From an uncultured Clostridia bacterium (GTDB taxonomy: Bacteria > Bacillota > Clostridia > Christensenellales > Borkfalkiaceae), in NCBI GenBank assembly GCA_947625865.1, contig CANQQD010000002.1:39457-103456 (forward strand): a stretch of 64,000 nt of DNA. Reading direction: 5' to 3'. This document shows, in pieces, positions 17,264 to 25,462 of this stretch. The position numbers and the translations under genes were made by a program. The notes beneath the pieces were generated by a model. The model ran no database searches, was not told the DNA's origin, and saw only the letters and a list, made by a program, of their open reading frames with translations. Position 1 is the first letter of the stretch. Every line of letters begins with the position of its first letter.

Positions 17264-17445
17264 AAAGCTCCCGCCAAGCGCGGATATACTTCGCATAGCA
17301 TTGTTGCCTTTGCGTTTTTGCTCAGTCATTTACGTTTAAGTAAACTCCTTTCGCAAAAGCCGCAGGCGTCTCGTTCTGCTCGTATCTGCGCGCTTGCTAA
17401 CTTCGTAAGTTCAGAGGGGTTACTGCTTGCAACATTAATTATTTG
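17264..17445 (-). repeat. mosaic intergenic element, copy A (inverted relative to copy D)
   Basis: Begins at the pgk stop codon. AAGCTCCCGCCAAGCGCGGATATACTTCGCA resembles the proS-proximal end of copy D read on the minus strand. CGCTTGCTAACTTCGTAAGTTCAG (17391-17414) resembles the reverse complement of 52955-52980. Confidence 0.7.
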
Positions 17446-17466
17446 GAAAAGGTTCACAACATATAA

Positions 17467-17496
17467 GGCGGCGGGCGCAAAATTTGCGCCCGCCGC
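17467..17496 (+). terminator. GC-rich hairpin, probable pgk terminator
   Basis: GGCGGCGGGCGC / GCGCCCGCCGC stem; the T-run is weak. Confidence 0.6.
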
Positions 17497-17530
17497 TAAA
17501 AGTTTAATGCCGATTAAGCTTGTCAAGCGA

Positions 17531-17559
17531 TTGATTTTAGAAGATCGTTGTGATATAAT
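17531..17559 (+). promoter_or_regulatory. sigma-A-like promoter of tpiA
   Basis: TTGATT, 17-nt spacer ending in TGA (extended -10), TATAAT. Confidence 0.65.
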
Positions 17560-17589
17560 ATTCGGGTAAAAATTTGTGAGGAGATATTT

Positions 17590-18336
17590 ATGAGCAGAAA
17601 ACCCTTTATTGCGGGAAACTGGAAAATGAATATGACGGCGGCAAGCGGCGCAAAACTTATTGAGGAATTAAAGCCGCTTGTAAAGGACGTGAACTGCGAT
17701 GTGGCGTTGTGCGTTCCCGCCATTCTGATACCCGAAATGGTGAAAGCCGCAGCGGGCAGTAATATCAAAATAGGCGCGGAAAACGTGCACTGGGCTCCCT
17801 CGGGCGCGTACACGGGCGAAATTTCCGCCGAGATGCTTAAAGAATACGGCGTGGAATACGTTATTATCGGGCACAGCGAGAGGCGGCAATACTTCGGGGA
17901 GACGGACGAGAGCGTGAATATGCGCCTGCACGCCGCCTTAAAAGCGGGGCTCACCCCCATTGTGTGCGTGGGCGAGATGCTTGCAGAGCGCGAGGCGGGC
18001 AAGACGGACGCGGTGCTCGACAGACAACTCACGGTCGGTTTGGGCGGAATTGACGATATAACAAAGGTTGTGATTGCATACGAGCCGGTGTGGGCTATCG
18101 GCACGGGCAAAACGGCAACCGACGAGCAGGCGCAGGAGACTATTGCGCATATAAGAAAGAAAATTGGCGAGCTGTTCTGCCCCAAGTGCGCGGAAAAGGT
18201 AATCATTCAATACGGCGGCTCCATGAACGCCAAAAACTGCAAGGGGCTTATGGCTCAGCCCGATATCGACGGCGGACTTATAGGCGGCGCTTCTTTGAAG
18301 CTGGACTTCGCTACTATTGTAAATTATGATAAATAG
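17590..18336 (+). CDS. tpiA: triosephosphate isomerase
   Basis: FIAGNWKMN, IIGHSERR, AYEPVWAIGTG, GGASL motifs. Confidence 0.96.
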   Translation: MSRKPFIAGNWKMNMTAASGAKLIEELKPLVKDVNCDVALCVPAILIPEMVKAAAGSNIKIGAENVHWAPSGAYTGEISAEMLKEYGVEYVIIGHSERRQYFGETDESVNMRLHAALKAGLTPIVCVGEMLAEREAGKTDAVLDRQLTVGLGGIDDITKVVIAYEPVWAIGTGKTATDEQAQETIAHIRKKIGELFCPKCAEKVIIQYGGSMNAKNCKGLMAQPDIDGGLIGGASLKLDFATIVNYDK

Positions 18337-18346
18337 TTCACAAAAA

Positions 18347-18376
18347 AGCAGACATTCGACGATGTCTGCTTTTTTG
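18347..18376 (+). terminator. tpiA intrinsic terminator
   Basis: AGCAGACAT / ATGTCTGCT stem plus TTTTTT. Confidence 0.85.
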
Positions 18377-18395
18377 TGATTTTTGGCGGCTCTGC

Positions 18396-18443
18396 TTCTC
18401 ACACGGCGTCAGGAACAACGCCGTATTCGGTCACCGTTCGCGC
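18396..18443 (+). repeat. mosaic element fragment, copy B (module 1)
   Basis: TTCTCACACGGCGTCAGGAACAACGCCGTATTCGGTCACCGTTCGCGC matches 52686-52733 at 43 of 48 positions by my hand alignment. Confidence 0.85.
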
Positions 18444-18466
18444 CTTGCCGACATAATTGTTGTTAT

Positions 18467-18499
18467 GAAAAAATTCACAGAAATTCTGTGAATTTTTTC
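18467..18499. terminator. hairpin at the 3-prime end of the lipoprotein gene
   Basis: GAAAAAATTCACAG / CTGTGAATTTTTTC perfect 14-bp stem. Confidence 0.7.
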
Positions 18500-19437
18500 T
18501 ATAATTTATTGTAATTTATATATTCTTCGTAAGGATGTACCCTATTGACTCTCAGCGGCGCACCAAAAGTGTAACCGTCTCGGTAATCGTGTTTGTAATC
18601 GTTTAAATATTTGCCATATTCGGGATTTTCAACATAATAAACATTATTGTCATAATAACAATCAAAAGCATCAATATCTAACTTGATATCGTTTTTTGCA
18701 ATTATTGTTGTTGCGTACATACTAGCGGACAACCTCCTCCAAATATAAACCAGTTGAGAATTGTCAACAGAAGTGCTTATTATATCTACATCAACACTAT
18801 CATAATTCTTAAAATTGGTTTTATTATCATAATCTATAATATTTTCGTATGCCTTAACAGCAATTTTTTTGTCGCTGACTATGGTCGGGGTGCGGGCGTC
18901 GTCGAGCGCTTGGATAAATAGCAAACCCTCAATGTATTTATTGTCACAAAGATATATGTATTCCTTTCGTTCCTTGTCGCTTACAGAATATTTTAAAATA
19001 TAATTATGATAGTAGTTGCCGTGATAGTCGTTGGAAGGACATTCCGCCTTTACGCTTACATACAGATTGTTCGGCTCGTCCTCATACATAAACGGCGTGG
19101 AAATAATTTTGAGTTCCCCGTTTAAATAGGCGTCGACGTCAAACCCATGCTCGCGCAAAAACCTAAAAGGAATCGGATGCGTTTCGACGGTGCTGTCATA
19201 ATAATTTTCAATAAATTTATCTACTAAAGCTTGATATTTACTGCTTATTAAAAACGTCTTGGTAAATTCACTTAATTGGGTGTTGTCGTTATCATTCGGA
19301 CTGCCTCCATTCCCGCCTGTTTGGGTTTGCCCAAATATGGAGCCGCCGCCTTCAACACGGCAGGCGGTAAATGTAAACGCGGAAAATATAAAAATAAATA
19401 CAAAAATCAAACTTAAAATAATTTTATTTGTTTTCAT
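18499..19437 (-). CDS. hypothetical lipoprotein, visibly AT-rich
   Basis: Signal MKTNKIILSLIFVFIFIFSAFTFTAC with a lipobox Cys, then a Gly/Asn linker and a Tyr/Asn/Asp-rich body. No family recognised. Confidence 0.7.
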   Translation of the reverse strand: MKTNKIILSLIFVFIFIFSAFTFTACRVEGGGSIFGQTQTGGNGGSPNDNDNTQLSEFTKTFLISSKYQALVDKFIENYYDSTVETHPIPFRFLREHGFDVDAYLNGELKIISTPFMYEDEPNNLYVSVKAECPSNDYHGNYYHNYILKYSVSDKERKEYIYLCDNKYIEGLLFIQALDDARTPTIVSDKKIAVKAYENIIDYDNKTNFKNYDSVDVDIISTSVDNSQLVYIWRRLSASMYATTIIAKNDIKLDIDAFDCYYDNNVYYVENPEYGKYLNDYKHDYRDGYTFGAPLRVNRVHPYEEYINYNKL

Positions 19438-19594
19438 ACTATCAAATTCCTTAAAACTTGTATATTTTTAAATTTTACATTATTATAGTTTAGTAATATT
19501 AAATTGTCAAGATAAACTTTATAATAATTTTAAAGATATATTTATTAAGGTTTAAAATTACTATATATTGAACATAAAAATCAAGGTGAAATTT

Positions 19595-19912
19595 ATGTTC
19601 GACGAAAAGGTGATAAGCCAAAATTTAAAAAAGTATCTGAACCGTTCACGGATACAGCAAAAAGAACTTGCGGTAGCCTGCGGAAAAACCGAGGGAACCA
19701 TCTCCCATTGGGTGGAAGGCAGAGTGAGTATCCCCATAAAATATATCCCTTTGATTTGCGAAATGCTTGACATTACCTTATACGAGCTTTTTGGACTGCC
19801 TGACCCGAGTTTGCTTTCGGAAACGGAAAAGAAAGTTTTAAACGCTTATCGCTCTGACCAGGAATTCAAAATGATATCAAACAGAATATTGAATATAAAA
19901 ATAAACGGCTGA
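19595..19912 (+). CDS. XRE-family HTH transcriptional regulator
   Basis: RBS AAGGTGAAATTTATG. QQKELAVACGKTEGTISHWVEG HTH. Divergent from the lipoprotein gene. Confidence 0.8.
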   Translation: MFDEKVISQNLKKYLNRSRIQQKELAVACGKTEGTISHWVEGRVSIPIKYIPLICEMLDITLYELFGLPDPSLLSETEKKVLNAYRSDQEFKMISNRILNIKING

Positions 19913-19940
19913 GGAAAATTCCGCAGCCGTTTATTTTATG
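19903..19940. terminator. bidirectional terminator between the XRE gene and cls
   Basis: AAACGGCTG / CAGCCGTTT stem flanked by A/T runs. Confidence 0.7.
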
Positions 19941-19950
19941 CGTAGTTTTA

Positions 19951-21468
19951 TTAAAACATGGGCGAGAACATATTAAATACGGCGTTTGTAAGCCACGCAA
20001 ACCTGCCCATTTTGAAATTTTGCAAAGTTACTTGCTGCGATACCGAAAAGATGGCGGTAAAATCGGACTTTATATCGCTTATGCATGGCGTGTTGCACAT
20101 TACCGCGCCACATTCATAGTGGTGCACAAGGCTGCGGTAGTCGAGGTTTATGGTGCCTACAAAGGCAAGACTGTCGTCGGATATGAGCATTTTTGCGTGA
20201 ATAAAGCCCGGGGTATATTCATATATCTTTACTCCCGCTTTCAATAAATAGGGATAGTTTGAGCGGGTGATATTGAAAACGAGCTTTTTATCGGGGATAT
20301 GCGGGGTGACGACGCGGACGTCAACGCCGCGAAAAGCGGCATTGCGGAGAGCCGAAGTGAGATTATAATCGAGAATGAGATAGGGCGTTGTTATATAGCA
20401 ATAGCGCTTTGCGGCGTTTATGAGGTTTATATAGTTGTTTTCGCCTATCTGCTCGGTGTAGAAGGGCTTGGGACCGTCGCCGAAAGGGTGGATATAGCCG
20501 CCGTTTTCAAAGACGGGATGCTCTATTAAAAAGTATTTGCCGTAATCGCCCGCGGGTTTTTTGGCGTTCATATCGAACAGCTGCAAAAACAGGGCGATAA
20601 GGTTGTTCACCGCCGAACCTTCGATTTTTACAGCCGTGTCCTTCCAGTGACCGAGGCGGTGGTTTTGGTTGATATATTCGTCGCCGAGATTTACGCCGCC
20701 CGTAAAGCCGACCTTGCCGTCTATTACGGTAATTTTGCGGTGGTCGCGGTTGTTGTGCACGCCCGAAACAACGGGGCGGAAAGGGTTGAACTTGCGGCAG
20801 TCAATGCCCGCTTTGCGCATTTTTTTGCAAAAACCGCGCTTTGTGGCGCCCAGCGAACCGATATCGTCGTACATAAGGCGAACCTCCACTCCCTCCGCGG
20901 CTTTGCGCAAAAGAATTTCCTCTATGGAGTTCCACATTGTGCCGCTGTGGACGATAAAGTATTCCATAAATATATATTTTTCGGCGCGGTCAAGCTCGGC
21001 AAGAAGGTCCCGCCAAAAATCTTCGCCAACTTTGAAGTAGGTTACGCGGTTGCCCGTGTGCCCGCGCATTGCGCCGACGTTGTTAAGGTAGTTTTCTATT
21101 CCCGAATTTTCGCCCAAGACAGCCGCGCAGTCTCCGCCGCCGGAGATATATTTATCCGTTTCTGCCTGAATGGCTTTTAAGCGGGCGTACTCCTTTTTGG
21201 TCATTTTGGGGTTTGCAAAAAGCAAATAGACCATTATGGTGAAGAACGGAAGCAGGAAAAGAAGGACGAGCCAAGGAATTTTGAACTCCGGGGATTCCTT
21301 TTTGTTGACTATATGGAGAAATACGGCCAGCGCAATTATAACGCTTACCAGATGAAAGAGCGGGAATATCTGCAAAAAAGCGACGGTTCCGAAGATTAGA
21401 GCAACCTGTATGAGAAACAAAAGCGCAACGACTATGATTTTGCTGAACAGCAGCTTTATAATTTTCAT
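19951..21468 (-). CDS. cls: cardiolipin synthase
   Basis: Two N-terminal TM segments and two HKD motifs (HRKITVIDG, HAKMLISDD). Confidence 0.92.
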   Translation of the reverse strand: MKIIKLLFSKIIVVALLFLIQVALIFGTVAFLQIFPLFHLVSVIIALAVFLHIVNKKESPEFKIPWLVLLFLLPFFTIMVYLLFANPKMTKKEYARLKAIQAETDKYISGGGDCAAVLGENSGIENYLNNVGAMRGHTGNRVTYFKVGEDFWRDLLAELDRAEKYIFMEYFIVHSGTMWNSIEEILLRKAAEGVEVRLMYDDIGSLGATKRGFCKKMRKAGIDCRKFNPFRPVVSGVHNNRDHRKITVIDGKVGFTGGVNLGDEYINQNHRLGHWKDTAVKIEGSAVNNLIALFLQLFDMNAKKPAGDYGKYFLIEHPVFENGGYIHPFGDGPKPFYTEQIGENNYINLINAAKRYCYITTPYLILDYNLTSALRNAAFRGVDVRVVTPHIPDKKLVFNITRSNYPYLLKAGVKIYEYTPGFIHAKMLISDDSLAFVGTINLDYRSLVHHYECGAVMCNTPCISDIKSDFTAIFSVSQQVTLQNFKMGRFAWLTNAVFNMFSPMF

Positions 21469-21471
21469 AAG

Positions 21472-22245
21472 TTAAACCTCCGCTTCCGCCGCGCTGATTT
21501 TGCGGGCGTCGGTCATATCCTCGTTGAAGCGTTTGCGCCAGAAATAGAATATGCAGTATATGAGGGGCATGCCGAGGTTTGTTTCGAGGCAGGAATTGAC
21601 TATGAGGGTGCGTATACTTGCCTCGTTCATGGGACGGATGCCGTTGACGAGCAGCGAAAACTCCCAGCCGAACTGCACGGCAAAGCCGATAAGGCAGAGA
21701 TATAATACGTTGACAAACGCCTTTTTGGGAGATTTACGCATTAATAAAATAATCAAAATGAGATAGCTTACAATGAGGGCTACTCCCATCCAGCCGTGAT
21801 ATGCGCCCGTAGTTCTGGACGTGGTTATGGTGGCTTCGCCGCCGAGCTCGGATATGGAAGGGCAGATCATCCACCACATTAAAATCAAAAATATCCAATA
21901 CTTTGCATAGCTGTCCTTGCCGACAAGGATCCATATGAACGCAAAGTTGGTGAAGCCGTAGCTCATTGACATCCACAGAAGCACCCAAAAGGTGCCTGCC
22001 GCGCCCTGCAGCTCGCCGTTTATATACACCGTGCGGGTGTGGCTTATAAGATAGAAGCCGCCGAAGTCCACGATTGTGTATAAAACGCCGCCGAAGAGGG
22101 CGAATATCAGCGTGGAATAGCGTTTTTTCCAAATCAAAAGCCCGATATAGACTGCCAGAAATATACAGTCTAAAATTATATACAGCAGATTTAAGTTTCG
22201 GGTGGGAACGATCGCGTTTTCCGCGGCAAGTAAATTTATATCCAT
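21472..22245 (-). CDS. hypothetical polytopic membrane protein (about 7 TM)
   Basis: Hydrophobicity only. Its stop lies 3 nt before the cls start. Confidence 0.65.
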   Translation of the reverse strand: MDINLLAAENAIVPTRNLNLLYIILDCIFLAVYIGLLIWKKRYSTLIFALFGGVLYTIVDFGGFYLISHTRTVYINGELQGAAGTFWVLLWMSMSYGFTNFAFIWILVGKDSYAKYWIFLILMWWMICPSISELGGEATITTSRTTGAYHGWMGVALIVSYLILIILLMRKSPKKAFVNVLYLCLIGFAVQFGWEFSLLVNGIRPMNEASIRTLIVNSCLETNLGMPLIYCIFYFWRKRFNEDMTDARKISAAEAEV

Positions 22246-22359
22246 ATCTTTTGCACTCCGCCTTTAAGGATAACCATGCGGCGGGGTGTTGTCAAGTAAA
22301 AATATGACAAACAGCCGCAGGGCGGGCGGCAAAAAATTATAAAAAGCACCGTGTATCGC

Positions 22360-22388
22360 TTGAAAAACGCGGGCGTTTGTAGTATAAT
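22360..22388 (+). promoter_or_regulatory. sigma-A-like promoter of gpmI
   Basis: TTGAAA, 17-nt spacer, TATAAT. Confidence 0.65.
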
Positions 22389-22418
22389 TTGCGATAGAAA
22401 AAATTTAAGGAAAGCTAT

Positions 22419-23972
22419 ATGAAAAAAACACCTTATGCGATTATAATTATGGACGGCTACGGGCTTGCGCCCGCAGGTCCCGGCAACTGCGTGTGTCTGA
22501 ACGGCAGTAAAAACGTCTGCGAGCTAATGAAGGAATACCCCTCCTCCCGCCTCGGCGCAAGCGGCCTGAGCGTTGGGCTCCCCGACGGACAGATGGGTAA
22601 TTCGGAGGTGGGACACCTCAATATGGGCGCGGGGCGCATCGTATATCAGGACCTCACAAAAATCACGAAAGCCATTCAGGACGGCGACTTTTTTGAGAAC
22701 CCCGCCCTCATAAAGGCTATGGATACGGCGAAAAACAGCGGCAAAAAGCTGCACCTTTACGGACTTTTGGGTCCCGGCGGCGTGCACAGCCACTCCACGC
22801 ACCTCTACGCGCTTTTGAAAATGGCGAAGGAGCGCGGGCTGGAGACGGCGTACGTACACTGCTTTATGGACGGCAGGGACACCTCCCCCACCTCGGGCGC
22901 GGAGTTTATGAAGGAACTCAAGGCCGAGATAGATAAACTGGGCTTCGGCAAGATCGCCTCGATTTCGGGCAGATACTACGCGATGGACCGCGACAATAAC
23001 TGGGACAGAATAGAAAAGGCTTACGATATGCTGACCCTCGGCACGGGCGTTCGCGCCTGCGACCCCGTGGAGGCGTTGGAGGAGAGCTATTTGAAGGGCG
23101 TGACCGACGAATTTGTGTTGCCCACGAAAATTTACGAGAACGGAAAGCCGCTGGGATTGATCGAAAAGGGCGACAGCATTATATGCTTCAACTTCCGCCC
23201 CGACAGGGCAAGGGAAATTACAAGGGCGTTTTCGCAAAGGGAATTTGTTGTGCCCAAGGGCACGGCTTTCGAGAGAAAGACGGGCTTTTTGAACCCCACG
23301 TATGTTTGCTTTACGGTGTATGACGCCGAATTTGAGGGGGTTGAAATAGCCTTCCCCAAGACCTCTTTGGAAAATACTTTGGGCGAATACCTTGCAAAGA
23401 TGGGCAAAACTCAGCTGCGCATTGCCGAGACCGAGAAATACGCGCACGTAACATTCTTTTTCAACGGCGGAGTGGAGGCTCCCAACGAGGGAGAACAGCG
23501 CGACCTTATCCCCTCGCCCAAGGTTGCCACCTATGACCTGCAGCCCGAGATGAGCGCGTACCTCGTTACGGAAAAAGCTCTTGAGGAACTGGATAGCGGC
23601 AAGTTCGACGTTATGATCTTAAACTTTGCCAACTGCGACATGGTGGGACACACCGGCGTGATACCTGCGGCTGTAAAGGCTGTGGGCGTTGTGGACGAGT
23701 GCGTGAAGAAGATAGTAGATAAAATTCTTGCGATGGGCGGCTCGGCGCTGCTTACAGCCGACCACGGGAACGCCGATAAACTGCTCTCGGACGACGGCAC
23801 GCCGTTCACGGCGCACACGACCAACCCCGTGCCCGTTGCGCTTATTTCGGAAAAATACAAAAACGCAACTCTGCGCGACGACGGAATTCTGGCAGACCTC
23901 GCGCCCACTCTCCTTACGGTTATGGGCTTGCCCGTGCCCAAGGAAATGACGGGGAAATGCCTTATTAAATAA
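22419..23972 (+). CDS. gpmI: 2,3-bisphosphoglycerate-independent phosphoglycerate mutase
   Basis: IIMDGYG, GNSEVGHLN(M)GAGR, ADHGNA motifs; 517 aa. Confidence 0.95.
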   Translation: MKKTPYAIIIMDGYGLAPAGPGNCVCLNGSKNVCELMKEYPSSRLGASGLSVGLPDGQMGNSEVGHLNMGAGRIVYQDLTKITKAIQDGDFFENPALIKAMDTAKNSGKKLHLYGLLGPGGVHSHSTHLYALLKMAKERGLETAYVHCFMDGRDTSPTSGAEFMKELKAEIDKLGFGKIASISGRYYAMDRDNNWDRIEKAYDMLTLGTGVRACDPVEALEESYLKGVTDEFVLPTKIYENGKPLGLIEKGDSIICFNFRPDRAREITRAFSQREFVVPKGTAFERKTGFLNPTYVCFTVYDAEFEGVEIAFPKTSLENTLGEYLAKMGKTQLRIAETEKYAHVTFFFNGGVEAPNEGEQRDLIPSPKVATYDLQPEMSAYLVTEKALEELDSGKFDVMILNFANCDMVGHTGVIPAAVKAVGVVDECVKKIVDKILAMGGSALLTADHGNADKLLSDDGTPFTAHTTNPVPVALISEKYKNATLRDDGILADLAPTLLTVMGLPVPKEMTGKCLIK

Positions 23973-24001
23973 ATTTTACGATTTGAAAATCAAGACGGTG
24001 T

Positions 24002-24036
24002 CCGCGGCGGAAATTTTCCGCCGCGGGCGTTTTTGT
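24002..24036 (+). terminator. gpmI intrinsic terminator
   Basis: CCGCGGCGGAAA / TTTCCGCCGCGG stem plus TTTTT. Confidence 0.8.
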
Positions 24037-25031
24037 TTGCCTTATTTCTGAAAATTAAATATAATGATACTGTGATATTCAAGGAACCTGAAAAAACCTT
24101 TTCAAAGACGTGGGTGGTGTGTGTTTGCGCCATATTCTGCTGCATTTTGTGGGGCAGCGCCTTCCCGTGCGTCAAATTGGGATATAAGCTTTTTGAAATA
24201 GACACCTCCTCCCCCGCCTCGCTCATTTTATTCGCCGGCACGAGGTTTTCATTGGCGGGTGCGCTCGTGATAGCGTTCGGGAGTATTTCAAAGAGAAAAT
24301 TTTTGCTGCCCAAAGCCCGCAACTGGTGGCGCGTGGGCGTTGTTGCGCTCTTCCAGACTGCGCTTCAATACACCTTTTTCTATATTGGGCTTGCCAACTG
24401 CACGGGAGTAAAATCGTCCGTTCTGAACGGGCTCGGCGTTTTTTTCACGATAGTTGCGGCATGCTTTATTTTCCGCACCGAAAAATTTAATATCATCAAG
24501 CTTTTCGGCTGCGTTCTTGGGTTCGGCGGAGTTATTTTAATAAATATCGGCGGAGATTTTTCGTTTGATTTTAAGTTTACGGGCGAGGGGTTTATAATCC
24601 TTTCGGGACTTTCTGCCGCCATGGCCGCAGGGTTCGTGAAAATATTTTCCAGCCACGAGGACACTACCGCCATCTGCGGCTGGCAATTCCTCTGCGGCGG
24701 AGTACTGCTGGTAGTCATAGGGCTATCTGCCGGAGGGCGGATAACGCACATAGACGCAGGCGCGGCGTTTATGCTTATATATCTTGCCTTTCTCTCCGCG
24801 TGCGCGTTCACACTGCAGAGCTTTCTTTTAAGATATAATCCCGTTTCGAAGGTGGCTGTGTTCAAGAGCACAAATCCGCTGTTCGGGGCGGTGTTCTCGG
24901 CAATAATTTTGGGCGAGAGCGACCAGCTTCTGAGTTGGTTCACGCTTGTTGCGCTGCTGCTGGTTTGCTCGGGGATATTCGTTATAAATAAATTCGGCGA
25001 AAAAAGACCGCAAATTAAAAAAACGGAGTAA
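24033..25031 (+). CDS. EamA/DMT-family transporter (start uncertain)
   Basis: About 10 TM segments; WGSAFPCVKLGY is typical of EamA repeats. The track start (TTG 24033) lies in the gpmI terminator and upstream of a TTGCCT-17-TATAAT promoter (24037-24065). The true start is therefore probably at or after GTG 24072. Confidence 0.75.
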   Translation: MFALFLKIKYNDTVIFKEPEKTFSKTWVVCVCAIFCCILWGSAFPCVKLGYKLFEIDTSSPASLILFAGTRFSLAGALVIAFGSISKRKFLLPKARNWWRVGVVALFQTALQYTFFYIGLANCTGVKSSVLNGLGVFFTIVAACFIFRTEKFNIIKLFGCVLGFGGVILINIGGDFSFDFKFTGEGFIILSGLSAAMAAGFVKIFSSHEDTTAICGWQFLCGGVLLVVIGLSAGGRITHIDAGAAFMLIYLAFLSACAFTLQSFLLRYNPVSKVAVFKSTNPLFGAVFSAIILGESDQLLSWFTLVALLLVCSGIFVINKFGEKRPQIKKTE

Positions 25032-25058
25032 AAATTTTGTTATTTCGGGCGTTTTTGA

Positions 25059-25087
25059 TTGTAAAATGATTTTCCTTATGATATAAT
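25059..25087 (+). promoter_or_regulatory. sigma-A-like promoter of secG
   Basis: TTGTAA, 17-nt spacer ending in TGA (extended -10), TATAAT. Confidence 0.6.
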
Positions 25088-25120
25088 CGTTAAAGCAACA
25101 GAAAAATTGAGGTTGAAATT

Positions 25121-25402
25121 ATGAACGGATTGTGGTACACATACGTTGTTTTATGTTCAATATGCCTTATACTTATATTTTTAACGGCGCTCGTAACTAT
25201 ACTTATGGTGCTCTTCCAGAAGAGCAACTCCGAGGGTATTCAGGGTATAACCGCTTCGAGCGAGACCTTCTTCGGCAAGCACAAGGGTAACAGCATCGAG
25301 GCAAAGCTCAAAAAATGGACTTGGGTGAGTCTGTCGGTAATGGCGGTCCTTTCCATCGCGGTGTACATCGTACAGATAATATTCCCCTTGATTTTAGGTT
25401 AA
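25121..25402 (+). CDS. secG: preprotein translocase subunit SecG
   Basis: Two-TM small protein with a central Gly/Ser loop (QKSNSEGIQGITASSETFFG), immediately upstream of rnr-smpB as in many Bacillota. Confidence 0.8.
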   Translation: MNGLWYTYVVLCSICLILIFLTALVTILMVLFQKSNSEGIQGITASSETFFGKHKGNSIEAKLKKWTWVSLSVMAVLSIAVYIVQIIFPLILG

Positions 25403-25415
25403 AATAGGTTTTACA

Positions 25416-25446
25416 AAAGGCGGCTTCGAAGCCGCCTTTATTATTA
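25416..25446 (+). terminator. secG terminator hairpin
   Basis: AAAGGCGGC / GCCGCCTTT stem followed by a T-rich tract. Confidence 0.7.
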
Positions 25447-25462
25447 TACGGGCTACATAGAG

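Noticed and set aside
18499-22245. Considered calling the tpiA-gpmI insertion, or the whole window, a prophage or integrative element.
   Set aside because: I found no integrase, transposase, relaxase, or phage structural or replication genes. Only compositional oddity and repressor-like genes support the idea, so it is reported as a hypothesis and not as a mobile_element feature.
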